Part shown: positions 9,328 to 17,627 of the stretch, piece after piece
How positions within the stretch are numbered: position 1 is the stretch's first letter
Layout: each line of letters begins with the position of its first letter
From: Candidatus Marinacidobacterales bacterium
GTDB taxonomy: Bacteria; Acidobacteriota; Vicinamibacteria; Marinacidobacterales; DATDRI01
Assembly (NCBI GenBank): GCA_965219415.1
Contig: CBDCNP010000002.1
Span: 5,537,557-5,561,556 of the forward strand
Reading direction: 5' to 3'
Length of the DNA: 24,000 nt
Notes under the pieces: generated by a model
Told to the model about the DNA's origin: nothing
Seen by the model: only the letters and a program-made list of their open reading frames with translations
Database searches by the model: none
Made by a program: the position numbers and the translations under genes

Positions 9328-9871
9328 ATCGCGGGCTCTTTTGCTCGTCAGCTCGCCGGCGACGACTTCGCCACTCTGCTCGTCGACACACAGATGGAGC
9401 TTGCGATAGTCCCTGCTCTTTTGTGCTCTGCGCAGCTGGCCGGCGTGGACAGCGAGACCGCTGCTGTCGAACAAGATGTGCAACGGCGTCTTCTGCTTGA
9501 CTGGGTAGAAGGGGACCTTACCCAGCTTCGGCTTGCGCCTCGAGATCGTGGTGTGATCGGGCACATCATTGTCTAGCTTCATCAGAGCGAACAACGACCG
9601 CAGCAATCCCTCGCTCTGCCTAGATGACAGATGAAACACCATGCCCAGGGTGACAGCCGTCTCGGATGGCGTGGTTCGAGTACTTGCGTTGACGGCCCGG
9701 TTTCCTCCTCCTTGGCCGGGGCGCGTCCCAGTTCACAAGCTTGCCGGCGGTGAGCGAGATCCAGACGGTCAGGCTCCCGCGGTTGCGTAGACCCGCCTCA
9801 TATTCACGCCAATTCCTCACGCGATAGGCCTTCTTCACATACTTCCGCTGAGTGCGTTTGAAAATGCTCAT
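9328..9871 (-). pseudogene. N-terminal and central part of the IS5-like transposase, frameshifted near 9690
   Basis: MSIFKRTQRKYVKKAYRVRNWREYEAGLRNRGSLTVWIS...RRRKPGRQRKYSNHAI then, after one extra base, ETAVTLGMVFHLSSRQSEGLLRSLFALMKLDNDVPDHTTISRRKPKLGK...DYRKLHLCVDEQSGEVVAGELTSKRARD. Confidence 0.87.
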
Positions 9872-9938
9872 GGGGAACCTCGTATCCGCGAGTACAGGAC
9901 AATTGTGGACCGAGATCGCGAGTTTGTGCACCAAGGCA

Positions 9939-10068
9939 GGGGAAACTTGTCCTCGCCGGGGATGGCTTCGCCGGCCGGGGGTCCATCCCCGCGTATGCGG
10001 GGGAAACGACCTTGCTCTCCTCTTCGATCTGGCGCAACACGGTCCATCCCCGCGCATGCGGGGGAAAC
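9939..10068 (-). CRISPR. Remnant type I-E-like CRISPR array: 2 complete 28-bp repeats, one 8-bp repeat tail, two 33-bp spacers
   Basis: Repeat GGTCCATCCCCGCG(T/C)ATGCGGGGGAAAC at 9980-10007 and 10041-10068; tail GGGGAAAC at 9939-9946. Spacers at 9947-9979 and 10008-10040, both exactly 33 nt. The reverse complement GTTTCCCCCGCATACGCGGGGATGGACC has the type I-E repeat architecture. Strand is inferred from that orientation. Confidence 0.85.
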
Positions 10069-10109
10069 CCGTCGTGTCCAAAAACACAAACGAACTCAAG
10101 ACCCTTGCA

Positions 10110-10207
10110 CCTGTGCTCCGCAAAAAATCGATCCGGCGTTGATTGCGCGTTTTAGACCTGCTATGTTCGGCTGCTTGTGGCCGATCTTCTTTTTTGCGGA
10201 TCACAGG
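10110..10207 (+). repeat. 98-bp MITE-like element, R2 family, both ends present
   Basis: CCTGTGCTCCGCAAAAAATCGATC...GATCTTCTTTTTTGCGGATCACAGG forms a near-perfect terminal inverted repeat. The internal GCGTTGATTGCGCGTTTTAGACCTGCTATGTTCGGCTGCTT is shared with 22838-22918. Confidence 0.75.
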
Positions 10208-10361
10208 GGTCGGTCAGCTGGCTTTTCGTCAACTTGACTTGGCAGTACCCGTTGCGCCGCCCGTGCCTTCTTCTTCGTCGTCTCCGGAGCGTTCTCGGAG
10301 TAGCTGCGACCCAGCGCCTCCGTCAACTACTGCCAGGATACTTCCCAGTTGTAGAGCTGCG

Positions 10362-10431
10362 CGCCAATGGAGCGTAAGCGCTTTTTTCAAAGGGATGCGT
10401 ACACATCACCAACAGTAAACAGCGCAAGCAC
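10362..10431 (-). repeat. Partial copy of R1 (about 70 bp, one end)
   Basis: AATGGAGCGTAAGCGC.TTTTTTCAAAGGGATGCGTACACATCACCAACAGTAAACAGCGCAAGCAC matches the right portion of 22919-23084. Confidence 0.75.
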
Positions 10432-10589
10432 TGCGGCCGGGCTGGATCCGGCGATCCGGGCAACCGACGCGTTCCCTTGCCTTGCTTCGACCTGAGTCGT
10501 ATCCTCGTCACGGGTCGCAATCCAACGACGACGACGGACACCATGCATAAAGCACTCGATCCTCTTTTCCCGGCTGCGGAGAGACCCCA

Positions 10590-12575
10590 GTGCCCGAGCG
10601 CGTTCTCGTTCTAGTCGGAAGCGAGCATCTTGGCAAGGATGAGCTCTCGTTTCTGGGTCGATGTGCGTCCCGCGGAGCCCGGGTGGTGGCTTGGCAACAC
10701 CCTATCGTCGGACAGGATCGATTCCCGAGCCCTGACATCGCAAGGTACCTTCAGGCTTTGGGCATCGAGGCGACTCCACTGCCGGTTGCGCTGGGCGAGC
10801 CTGTCAACACGGAAGTAGAGGAAGCGGTCATCGCATGGATGAAGCGCCTCGGACGCACCCCACTCGGTCCTTCAGGCAGCTTTCGAAGCACCTTCCGGTA
10901 TGGGGAACGCTCGCTCTGGTGGTGGGTGGAACTCTGGTTGTACTACGACACCGAGCTTCGGCTCCACGTGAGGGACATCGAGGCTCTCGCTCGCCTTCTG
11001 GAACACGAGACTCCGGATCGCGTGGTGGTCGTGGGAGATGTCCGGCAGCTCGCTAAAGTGGTCCGCGATCTCGCAAAGAAAAGTGAGGTTCAATCCGCCG
11101 TACGGGCACTAGGACCGAGTCGGCCTCGCCCCAGCTTCAGCTTCTTGTCGGAACTCGCCAAACTGATCGGCGCGGGCGGGACGTCGTTGCTCTGTAAGCG
11201 CTCGGCGCCCACCGAGTCGAAGGGGCTCCGTGTCCTCTGTCTGACGCACGCCTCGATGTGGCGGGAGAGGCGGGATCCAGAGACCAAAGCAACGGAAGCG
11301 GTCGAGATGTACTTCGACCAAATCATCCCGAGCCTCAGAGCGGAAGGTAACGCCTTGCGCATCGTCGGCGTGGGGCCGCCCGTACCGCTCAAGCACCGTA
11401 CGTTTTCACGGAAACTTCGCGAGCTGGCGAAGCTCGACACGCGTGGTCTCCCCTACATCCCACTCGGGACCTACCTCACACCCAGAGTGGCTTTGAAAGC
11501 GGCGCAAGCTTACTTCCACTCCTGGAGGTGCCTGCGTCGTTTCGAGCGCCTGCCCGATCTCAAGAACGCTTTCTCTCATCGCGGAATCGAGCTGACGAGC
11601 GTTGGAAGCGCGGCAATGCGTGACGCCTTCTTGCGCCTCGTGCCGTGGGCGTTGCGTTCCTTCGAGCAGGTCCGGGCTATGCTGGAGGTCGAGAGACCGA
11701 ACATCATCGTCCTTTACGCCGAGTCGACCGCCCTTGGACGGGCGGTGGTGGCCGCCGCTTCCGATGCAGGTGTTCCATCCCTTGCTATTCAGCACGGCAT
11801 CATGTATCCGCGCTACTACTCCCACGAGCACGCTTCTGACGAAGTAAGGGCGTCGTATGGCGGGACCGACTCTGTACCATTGCCGGATCGTACGGCCGTC
11901 TTCGGTCGCATGGCCCGAGACGTGCTGATCGAGCGGGGGCACTATCCGCCAGAAAAGATCGTCATCACCGGAAGTCCGAAGTTCGACGTTCTGCTCCGAG
12001 CCGGGCGCACTTTGAGGCGTGAGGAAGTCCGCGCACGACTGGGGCTCGACGCCACCGCGAAAATGCTCATCGTCGCATCCCGTTTTTCATCGATCGGACC
12101 CGTGTTCGGAGATCTCCTCAGGGCGGCGAAAGGGGTGCCCGGACTCTGGCTGCTGGTGAAACCTCATCAAGCGGAAGGCAGGGAGTCCTATCGGAAGATC
12201 GCGGAGCAGGAGGCCTCGTCTCGGGTCCGCGTTCTCTCCTCCTCCGCGAACCTCCTAGAGCTCATCGTGGCATCGGATGGGCTGATTACCGTGGACTCTT
12301 TTGCTTCCTCCGAAGCACTCATCCTTGGCCGGCCGGTTCTCATCGTCAACCTACCCAACAACCTCGAGATGCTCGTGGACAAAGAGCTGGCCAAAGGCGT
12401 TTACCGGGGCCAGGACATGACCACACCCATCCGCCAGCTTCTAGACCCAAACGAGCTCGCGAAACTGAAGGTGAGGCTCGGTCGGCTTCGGGATGAGTTT
12501 GCTTACGGAGCGGATGGCGGCTCGACAGAGAGAATCCTCCAGGCGGTCTATGCGGTAGCGAGTCGAAAGCGTTAA
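10590..12575 (+). CDS. Large surface-polysaccharide type protein, probable GT-B-fold glycosyltransferase/glycerophosphotransferase-like
   Basis: 661 aa uninterrupted frame, GTG start preceded by GGAGAG. C-terminal half: IVLYAESTALGRAVVAAASDAGVPSLAIQHGIMY...DRTAVFGRMARDVLIERGHYPPEKIVITGSPKFDVL...LLVKPHQAEGRESYRKIAEQE...LLELIVASDGLITVDSFASSEALILGRPVLIVNLP resembles CDP-glycerol glycerophosphotransferase/capsule polysaccharide synthesis folds. Confidence 0.75.
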   Translation: MPERVLVLVGSEHLGKDELSFLGRCASRGARVVAWQHPIVGQDRFPSPDIARYLQALGIEATPLPVALGEPVNTEVEEAVIAWMKRLGRTPLGPSGSFRSTFRYGERSLWWWVELWLYYDTELRLHVRDIEALARLLEHETPDRVVVVGDVRQLAKVVRDLAKKSEVQSAVRALGPSRPRPSFSFLSELAKLIGAGGTSLLCKRSAPTESKGLRVLCLTHASMWRERRDPETKATEAVEMYFDQIIPSLRAEGNALRIVGVGPPVPLKHRTFSRKLRELAKLDTRGLPYIPLGTYLTPRVALKAAQAYFHSWRCLRRFERLPDLKNAFSHRGIELTSVGSAAMRDAFLRLVPWALRSFEQVRAMLEVERPNIIVLYAESTALGRAVVAAASDAGVPSLAIQHGIMYPRYYSHEHASDEVRASYGGTDSVPLPDRTAVFGRMARDVLIERGHYPPEKIVITGSPKFDVLLRAGRTLRREEVRARLGLDATAKMLIVASRFSSIGPVFGDLLRAAKGVPGLWLLVKPHQAEGRESYRKIAEQEASSRVRVLSSSANLLELIVASDGLITVDSFASSEALILGRPVLIVNLPNNLEMLVDKELAKGVYRGQDMTTPIRQLLDPNELAKLKVRLGRLRDEFAYGADGGSTERILQAVYAVASRKR

Positions 12576-12582
12576 TAAAGCA

Positions 12583-14014
12583 CCCGTCCTGTGCCAAAAC
12601 TCGGCCCTTTTGAAATAGGCCATAAATCAGCAACTTAGTGTCTGTGTTTGCGACCGGGCCAAGGGCCGTGGGCTTTACAATCGTCTTGGGCGGGCGGGTC
12701 GTCACCATGCAGATGACCTCCTAGTCGAGAGCGAATATCGAAGCGTGTTCCTGAAGCGGTTTCCACGCTACGCCGGTCGAGCCCGCCGAGGGGCTACCGT
12801 CGCCGGCGACCATCTACGCGGCACGGCAGTAGTAGTTGAGAATGCCCCCAAGTCGCTCTCGCGACACGATGGGGCTAGTGTCATTCGCGCTTGCCGGCAG
12901 AGGTGTGAGGAGCTCGTTGCCGAGACCTTGGTGGTTCCGTTCTGTGTGATAGTGCACTACGTATTCGGTTACCGCTGTGCGCAGGTATCGCTCACTGAGA
13001 GGTACGAAGCGGTCGAGACACTCTCGACGTATGGAGAGAACGAATCTTTCCGCATATGCGTTCAGATTCGGACTATTAGCGGGAAGGCGAAGGGGCTTCA
13101 CGCCTGAATCTCTCAACAGCCCACGTACCGCCTCGGTGAATAGCGGGTCCCGGTCGTGGATGAGGTATCGCTTGCCAAGGAGGAAACCATCCCACAGGTC
13201 AGTGAGGTTTCTTGCCACCTGCTTCATCCACTCCCCGTTTGGGTCCGACGTTATCCCACCGATGCACACGCAGCGAGTGGCGATATCGATGACAAACAGG
13301 ACATGGTAGCGGACGAGCCCGAACGGGTTCACCACCTCGACGGGGAACAGGTCTGTCGCAGCGATGGCGCCCCAATGAGCCTTGATGAAGGTGCTCCACG
13401 ACATGCTCCTGCCCCGCTCCGGCGCAGGAGCGATACCGTGGTCGGCGAGGATCCTCTTGATAGTGTTGCGTCCGAGTTCATGTCCTAGGTTCTTGAGTGC
13501 GCCTCGCAGGCGCGTATATCCCCACGTCGGGTTCTCCTGCGCCACGCGCACAATGAGCTCACGGATGTCCTTCGCCGTCGGAGGTCGGCCTGGACTCCGG
13601 TTCTTGCTGCCATCGTACTTGGCTGCGATGAGGTGACGGTACCAGCGCACAAGCGTAGCGGGTGTGGCAACGGACGCAATCTGGGCCAGCGCCTCGCGGC
13701 CCAAAGCCTGGGCCTTGACCGCGAGCCTGCGCCGCTCGTCGTCCGAGAGACTGAGACGCTTGCCCCGAAGCCCGGCTCGGAGCACACGGTTCTCCTCTTG
13801 CAGGTAGTCGATCACATCCTGCTGCTGGCGGTTGACCCCGCCAGCTAGAACGAGCAGTAGGAATTGCACGTGGTACGTCATCATGGATCTGAAGATAACA
13901 CCCTCGGGCCAGACGATTGTAAAGCCTACGGCCCTTGGCCCCGGCGCAAACACAGACACTAAGCTGCTGATTTATGGCCTATTTCAAAAGGGCCGAGTTT
14001 TGGCACAGGACGGG
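12583..14014 (-). mobile_element. Complete integrase-core IS with about 104-bp terminal inverted repeats
   Basis: 12583-12686 CCCGTCCTGTGCCAAAACTCGGCCCTTTTGAAATAGGCCATAAATCAGCAACTTAGTGTCTGTGTTTGCG...GGGCC..AGGGCCGTGGGCTTTACAATCGTC is repeated in inverted orientation ending at 14014, with few mismatches. Confidence 0.85.
12814..13959 (-). CDS. Integrase-core (rve/DDE) transposase
   Basis: [19 protein letters not shown]...[92 protein letters not shown]...[50 protein letters not shown]...[20 protein letters not shown]...[10 protein letters not shown]. The true start is probably the internal Met at about 13875; the first codons fall in the TIR. Confidence 0.88.
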   Translation of the reverse strand: MSVFAPGPRAVGFTIVWPEGVIFRSMMTYHVQFLLLVLAGGVNRQQQDVIDYLQEENRVLRAGLRGKRLSLSDDERRRLAVKAQALGREALAQIASVATPATLVRWYRHLIAAKYDGSKNRSPGRPPTAKDIRELIVRVAQENPTWGYTRLRGALKNLGHELGRNTIKRILADHGIAPAPERGRSMSWSTFIKAHWGAIAATDLFPVEVVNPFGLVRYHVLFVIDIATRCVCIGGITSDPNGEWMKQVARNLTDLWDGFLLGKRYLIHDRDPLFTEAVRGLLRDSGVKPLRLPANSPNLNAYAERFVLSIRRECLDRFVPLSERYLRTAVTEYVVHYHTERNHQGLGNELLTPLPASANDTSPIVSRERLGGILNYYCRAA

Positions 14015-14035
14015 GACAGCACGAGCGTCGTTACT

Positions 14036-14101
14036 TTCGACACCCTGAAAGCCAGCCGAAAACTCAAGGCTCGCTCGTCGTCCGTGAGACAAAGCTTCCT
14101 C
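14036..14101 (-). pseudogene. Short N-terminal fragment of an integrase-core transposase
   Basis: RKLCLTDDERA on the minus strand, matching [14 protein letters not shown] of the 4041-5012 copy. Truncated by the IS3 end at 14102. Confidence 0.5.
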
Positions 14102-14146
14102 TGGGCTTGATCCAGTTTCGTGGACACTTTCTGAAAGGCGGATACG

Positions 14147-14464
14147 ATGTCCACAATGGCAAAGACAACGCAGCCCCGGCGACCCCGCCGGGAGTTTGAT
14201 GACGAGTTTAAGGCAGGCGCGGTCCGGCTGGTGCTTGATGAGGGCCAGAGCGTGGGTCGGGTGGCCCGGGAGCTTGACCTCACCGAATCGGCGTTTCGCA
14301 ACTGGGTCCGTCAGGCCCGGGCCGATCGGACGAAGGGCCGGACGGGCTTGACGGGCGTGGAACGCGAGGAGCTTCGGCGGCTCCGCAAAGAGAATCGGCG
14401 GTTGCGGGTGGAGCGCGACGTTTTAAAAAAAGCCGCGGCCTTCTTCGCGAAGGAGAGCGAGTAA
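14147..14464 (+). CDS. IS3-family orfA
   Basis: FDDEFKAGAVRLVLDEGQSVGRVARELDLTESAFRNWVRQARADR...LRRLRKENRRLRVERDVLKKAAAFFAKESE, with TTTTAAAAAAAG slippery tract at 14421-14432. Confidence 0.9.
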   Translation: MSTMAKTTQPRRPRREFDDEFKAGAVRLVLDEGQSVGRVARELDLTESAFRNWVRQARADRTKGRTGLTGVEREELRRLRKENRRLRVERDVLKKAAAFFAKESE

Positions 14465-15329
14465 GATTCGCGTTCATCCAGGCGGAGAAGGCCACCGTAC
14501 CGGTCGTTCACCTGTGTCAGATTCTCAACGTCTCTCGGAGTGGCTTTTATGCCTGGGTACGTCGGCCGCCGTCGGCCCACGCGCGCCGGGACCGCCAGTT
14601 GCGCGTGTTGATTCGTGCCTCCCATGAGGCGAGTCGCCGCACCTATGGGAGTCCGCGGATTTATCACGACCTGCACGAGCAGGGGTATCGAGTGAGTCGG
14701 GAAGCGGGTGATTCGGTTGAAACAGGCAGAAGGCCTCATTGCTCGAGTACGCAAACGCCTTCAAGCGCACGACGGTAAGCGGTCATGGCCAGCCCGTCGC
14801 GGCCAATGTGCTCGGGCAAGACTTCGTCGCCGATGCGCCGAACCAACGGTGGGTCGGGGACACGACCGAGTTCGTGATCGGCAGCGGCGGGAAGCTTTAT
14901 CTCGCGGCGCTCCTCGACCTCTACTCGCGATTCCTCGTTGGGTGGGCCGTAAGTGCTATTAACGACCGTCACCTGGTTATCAAGGCGTTGCGGATGGCAC
15001 TGAAACGTCGCCAACCGGCCGCGGGGCTCTTGCATCACTCCGATCAGGGCAGTCCGTATGCCAGCAAAGACTACCAACGTCTCCTTGAGACGCATGGCAT
15101 GACCGGGAGCATGAGCCGACGGGGCAACTGCTACGACAACGCCGTCATCGAGAGCTGGTTCTCCACGGTCAAGCACGAGCTTGGGGAGCATTTCCTCAGT
15201 TGCGGCGAGGCCAAGATGGCCCTCTTCGACTTCATCGAGGTATTCTACAACCAGAGACGACGACACTCGACCCTCGGCCAGGTCAGTCCGGCCGAGTTTG
15301 AACGACGGATGAGGACTTCGCCAGCTTAA
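14464..15329 (+). pseudogene. IS3-family orfB of IS3-D, two apparent frameshifts
   Basis: RFAFIQAEKATVPVVHLCQILNVSRSGFYAWVRRPPSAHA...SRRTYGSPRIYHDLHEQGYRVSR | KRVIRLKQAEGLIARVRKR | FKRTTVSGHGQPVAANVLGQDFVADAPNQRWVGDTTEFVI...HHSDQGSPYASKDYQ...CYDNAVIESWFSTVKHE...YNQRRRHSTLGQVSPAEFERR. Frame changes near 14700 and near 14760. Confidence 0.85.
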
Positions 15330-15370
15330 CTAAACCGTCTACGAAACCGGATCAAGCCCAGTGGTCTACC

Positions 15371-16924
15371 TTAAAGCGTTGCGATGAGGGCGCGCTGTTT
15401 CTCCCAATCGTCGGGGAGTGGATGATGCAAGAGGTAGCTCGAGGTCAGCCCAACGGGCTGGCGGCCGTCGACAATGGTGCGGACGATGTCGGGCGCCAGA
15501 AAGGCATAACGGATTGCCTTGCGCACGCGGGCCTTTGGGATGGCGTCTTCGGTGGCAATCTCCTCATAGGTTTTGCCCGCTTTGATTCGGTCGAGCCAGG
15601 AGAGGGCATTGGCGATATTGCGCAGGAGGGTGCGGTCAACGGATTTCGTGGGGTTGCCCAGAACGAGCTTGGTCTCGACGCCGCGTCGACGCAAGCGGAA
15701 CGGCGCGTGGATGCGGAGTGCGTCCTCGCGAATGCGATCTGGCTCCATAGACAGGCAAGCAGCGAACGCATCTCGGTCGAGCAGGATGGACACAGAGCCG
15801 GGGCTGATATCGACCCGCCGGATGAAACGGAGCAGGCTGGCTGCCAAGGCACTATCATCATCATCATCACTATTGCTACCTGGACACAGCCCGTCTAGAA
15901 CGTGACGCACCGAGGCGAGTTCCTGTATCGTCGGAGTGTGGATCAGCGAGGCCGAGAAGGTCGGTGCCCCCACATGCTGTTGGACGAGATGTACGACGGT
16001 CCGTTCCAGCGTGGGTGCGGGCAGACGCCAACCGGAGAGGTCCTTGTTGCCACTGTGCTGGATGAGGCGCCGGGAGACGTAGTACCGGAACCGTTGCCCG
16101 CTCTTCTTTTTCGTATGGCTCGGCGTCAGCCGGTCCCTGGTCTCATCGAAGAGCTTGCCGGCGAGAGGGGAGGGAGCTGCAAGGCCCTTGGTCGTGCGTT
16201 TCCTCGGTTTGGTAGCCCCTGTCTGCAGCTGCGTCTGGACCGCGCTCCAGAGCTCGGGAGCGATGATCGGTGGATGCTGGCCCGGGTAGACACGCCTCTG
16301 GTGCCGGATGCGGCCGGCGTAGAGCGGATTGGTCAGCAGGCAGTGGAGGTGCCCGCGGCGGAACGGTAGACCGCCTGTCCGCGTTCCATCAGCGGCAAGC
16401 CGTTGCTTGGTTCGCAGTCCCAGACGATCCGCTTCGGCCTTCACCTGCCGGAGCGTTCCGTGCTTTCGGTACAGCGCATAGAGAGTCTGGACCGTTTCGG
16501 CCTCAGCCTCGTTGATGCGCAGCGTGCGCCCGTCCTGCTCGTAGCCGAGCGGTACATGGCCGCCCATCCATAGTCCCTTGCGCTTGGAGGCAGCAACCTT
16601 ATCGCGGATCCGCTCAGCCGTTCGACGAGCTTCGCAAAGTCGGAGAGGGAACGGGTCAGCCGGTCGACCTTGTAGACCACCACCTGCTCGACGAGACCGG
16701 CATCGATGTCGGCGAGCAAGCGCTGCAGGCCCGGGCGCTCCAGGGTTCCTCCCGAGATCCCCGCGTCCTCGTAGACAGTTGGCAGCAGCACCCAGTCCTC
16801 TGCCTTGTGGCTCGCGACATATGCGGTGCAGGCCTCCCGCTGTGCATCGAGGGGAGTTGAAATCCTGTTCGAGACCCTCTTCAGCGCTCTTTCGGGTATA
16901 GATGGCGCAGCAGATTTTCGTCAT
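15371..16924 (-). pseudogene. Large serine recombinase (resolvase/recombinase domains), degraded N-terminal catalytic domain
   Basis: MTKICCAIYTRKSAEEGLEQDFNS | then, in another frame, LDAQREACTAYVASHKAEDWVLLPTVYEDAGISGGTLERPGLQRLLADIDAGLVEQVVVYKVDRLTRSLSDFAKLVE | then back to frame one with ERIRDKVAASKRKGLWMGGHVPLGYE... The VSVTQ/LLSFAQFERE segment is missing. Confidence 0.88.
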
Positions 16925-16925
16925 G

Positions 16926-17357
16926 TCAGGCCTTGCGCTTGGGCGTCAGACCGAAAAAGCGTGGTCCTGACCAGTGTGTGCCGGTGATTCGCTTTGTGAT
17001 GGTGGTGAGGGACGGGTAGGTTTTGCCGTCGAACCGATAGCCGTTATCGAGTACCTCGACCTGGTAGGTGCGGCCATTCCACTCGCGGACGAGATGGGTG
17101 CCGGGAGAAACGGACCCTGCGGAAGGGGCGGGGCTTGGTGTGCCGTTCGCCATGGCGGCCAGGGTGCGCCGGGTTGCGGCCGAATGCCCGCCATAGGTCC
17201 GGCACTGGCGTTCGTACGCAAGAACACGGCGCAGGAGAGCGCGTGAGAGCGAGCTTGGCGGAGCAGCCCCGAAGGTCTGCTCCCAGGCCCGCCGCAGGCT
17301 AGGGAGGTTCAAACCGTCCAGAACGACCCTCCGGCCAACTCTTGTATCCTTCGGCAT
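16926..17357 (-). CDS. DUF2924-family protein
   Basis: MPKDTRVGRRVVLDGLNLPSLRRAWEQTFGAAPPSSLSRALLRRVLAYERQ...GTHLVREWNGRTYQVEVLDNGYRFDGKTYPSLTTITKRITGTHWSGPRFFGL; located directly upstream of the recombinase, the usual arrangement. Confidence 0.85.
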   Translation of the reverse strand: MPKDTRVGRRVVLDGLNLPSLRRAWEQTFGAAPPSSLSRALLRRVLAYERQCRTYGGHSAATRRTLAAMANGTPSPAPSAGSVSPGTHLVREWNGRTYQVEVLDNGYRFDGKTYPSLTTITKRITGTHWSGPRFFGLTPKRKA

Positions 17358-17428
17358 CACCGAACGTTCGCTCTTTCGCCAGGTAAAGTCCAGTCCAATG
17401 GGGACTTCCGGGGTGCGCAGGTCGCTGC

Positions 17429-17627
17429 CTGCAGCTCGCCCCACAGCCGATTTGAGCCAGCCGTGCGCACCACCCCCGGTGGGCCTGTCGCCCGCCACCC
17501 GCAGCCCAGGGGTCGGAAGCCAGCCCTGCGGCTCGAAATACCCCGGATTCTTCGCGGATTCCAAGGGCGTCTAAGCTGCTGATTTGTGGTCTATTTCAAA
17601 AGGGCCGAGTTTTGGCACAGGACGGGG
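17429..17627 (-). repeat. Long inverted copy of 20453-20660 (5' flank of the DUF2924 cassette plus shared terminus T1)
   Basis: Reverse complement CCCCGTCCTGTGCCAAAACTCGGCCCTTTTGAAATAGACCACAAATCAGCAGCTTAGACGCCCTTGGAATCCGCG...GGGCTGGCTTCCGACCCCTGGGCTGCGGGTGGCGGGCGACAGGCCCACCGGGGG matches 20453-20660 closely. Confidence 0.85.

Larger units (their letters stand above)
7439..9939 (-). mobile_element. IS5-like insertion sequence, interrupted by an IS256-family element
   Basis: IS5-type transposase in three collinear pieces. Putative TIR CTGCCTTGGTGGCACAACTC at 7439 and reverse complement CTGCCTTGGTG-CACAAACTC at about 9939. Confidence 0.75.
14102..15360 (+). mobile_element. IS3-family insertion sequence (IS3-D), both ends present
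   Basis: Left TGGGCTTGATCCAGTTTCGTGGACAC at 14102 and right reverse complement TGGGCTTGATCCGGTTTCGTAGACGG ending at 15360 form TIRs. orfA and orfB lie between. Confidence 0.9.

Noticed and set aside
10136-10190. GTTTTAGACCTGCTATG...GGCTGCTT resembles the start of a type II CRISPR repeat/sgRNA scaffold
   Set aside because: Only a short chance-length similarity. The same text recurs as part of the dispersed R2 element (22838-22918) with no spacer spacing, no array and no cas9.
9620-10204. Full 194-aa minus-strand ORF as a protein
   Set aside because: Its first ~110 codons are translated CRISPR repeats and spacers (RMRGDGP...). Only the segment from about 9871 downward is the IS5-like transposase.
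15422-15898. 158-aa plus-strand ORF
   Set aside because: Antisense of the serine recombinase C-terminus, produced by GC-rich codon structure.
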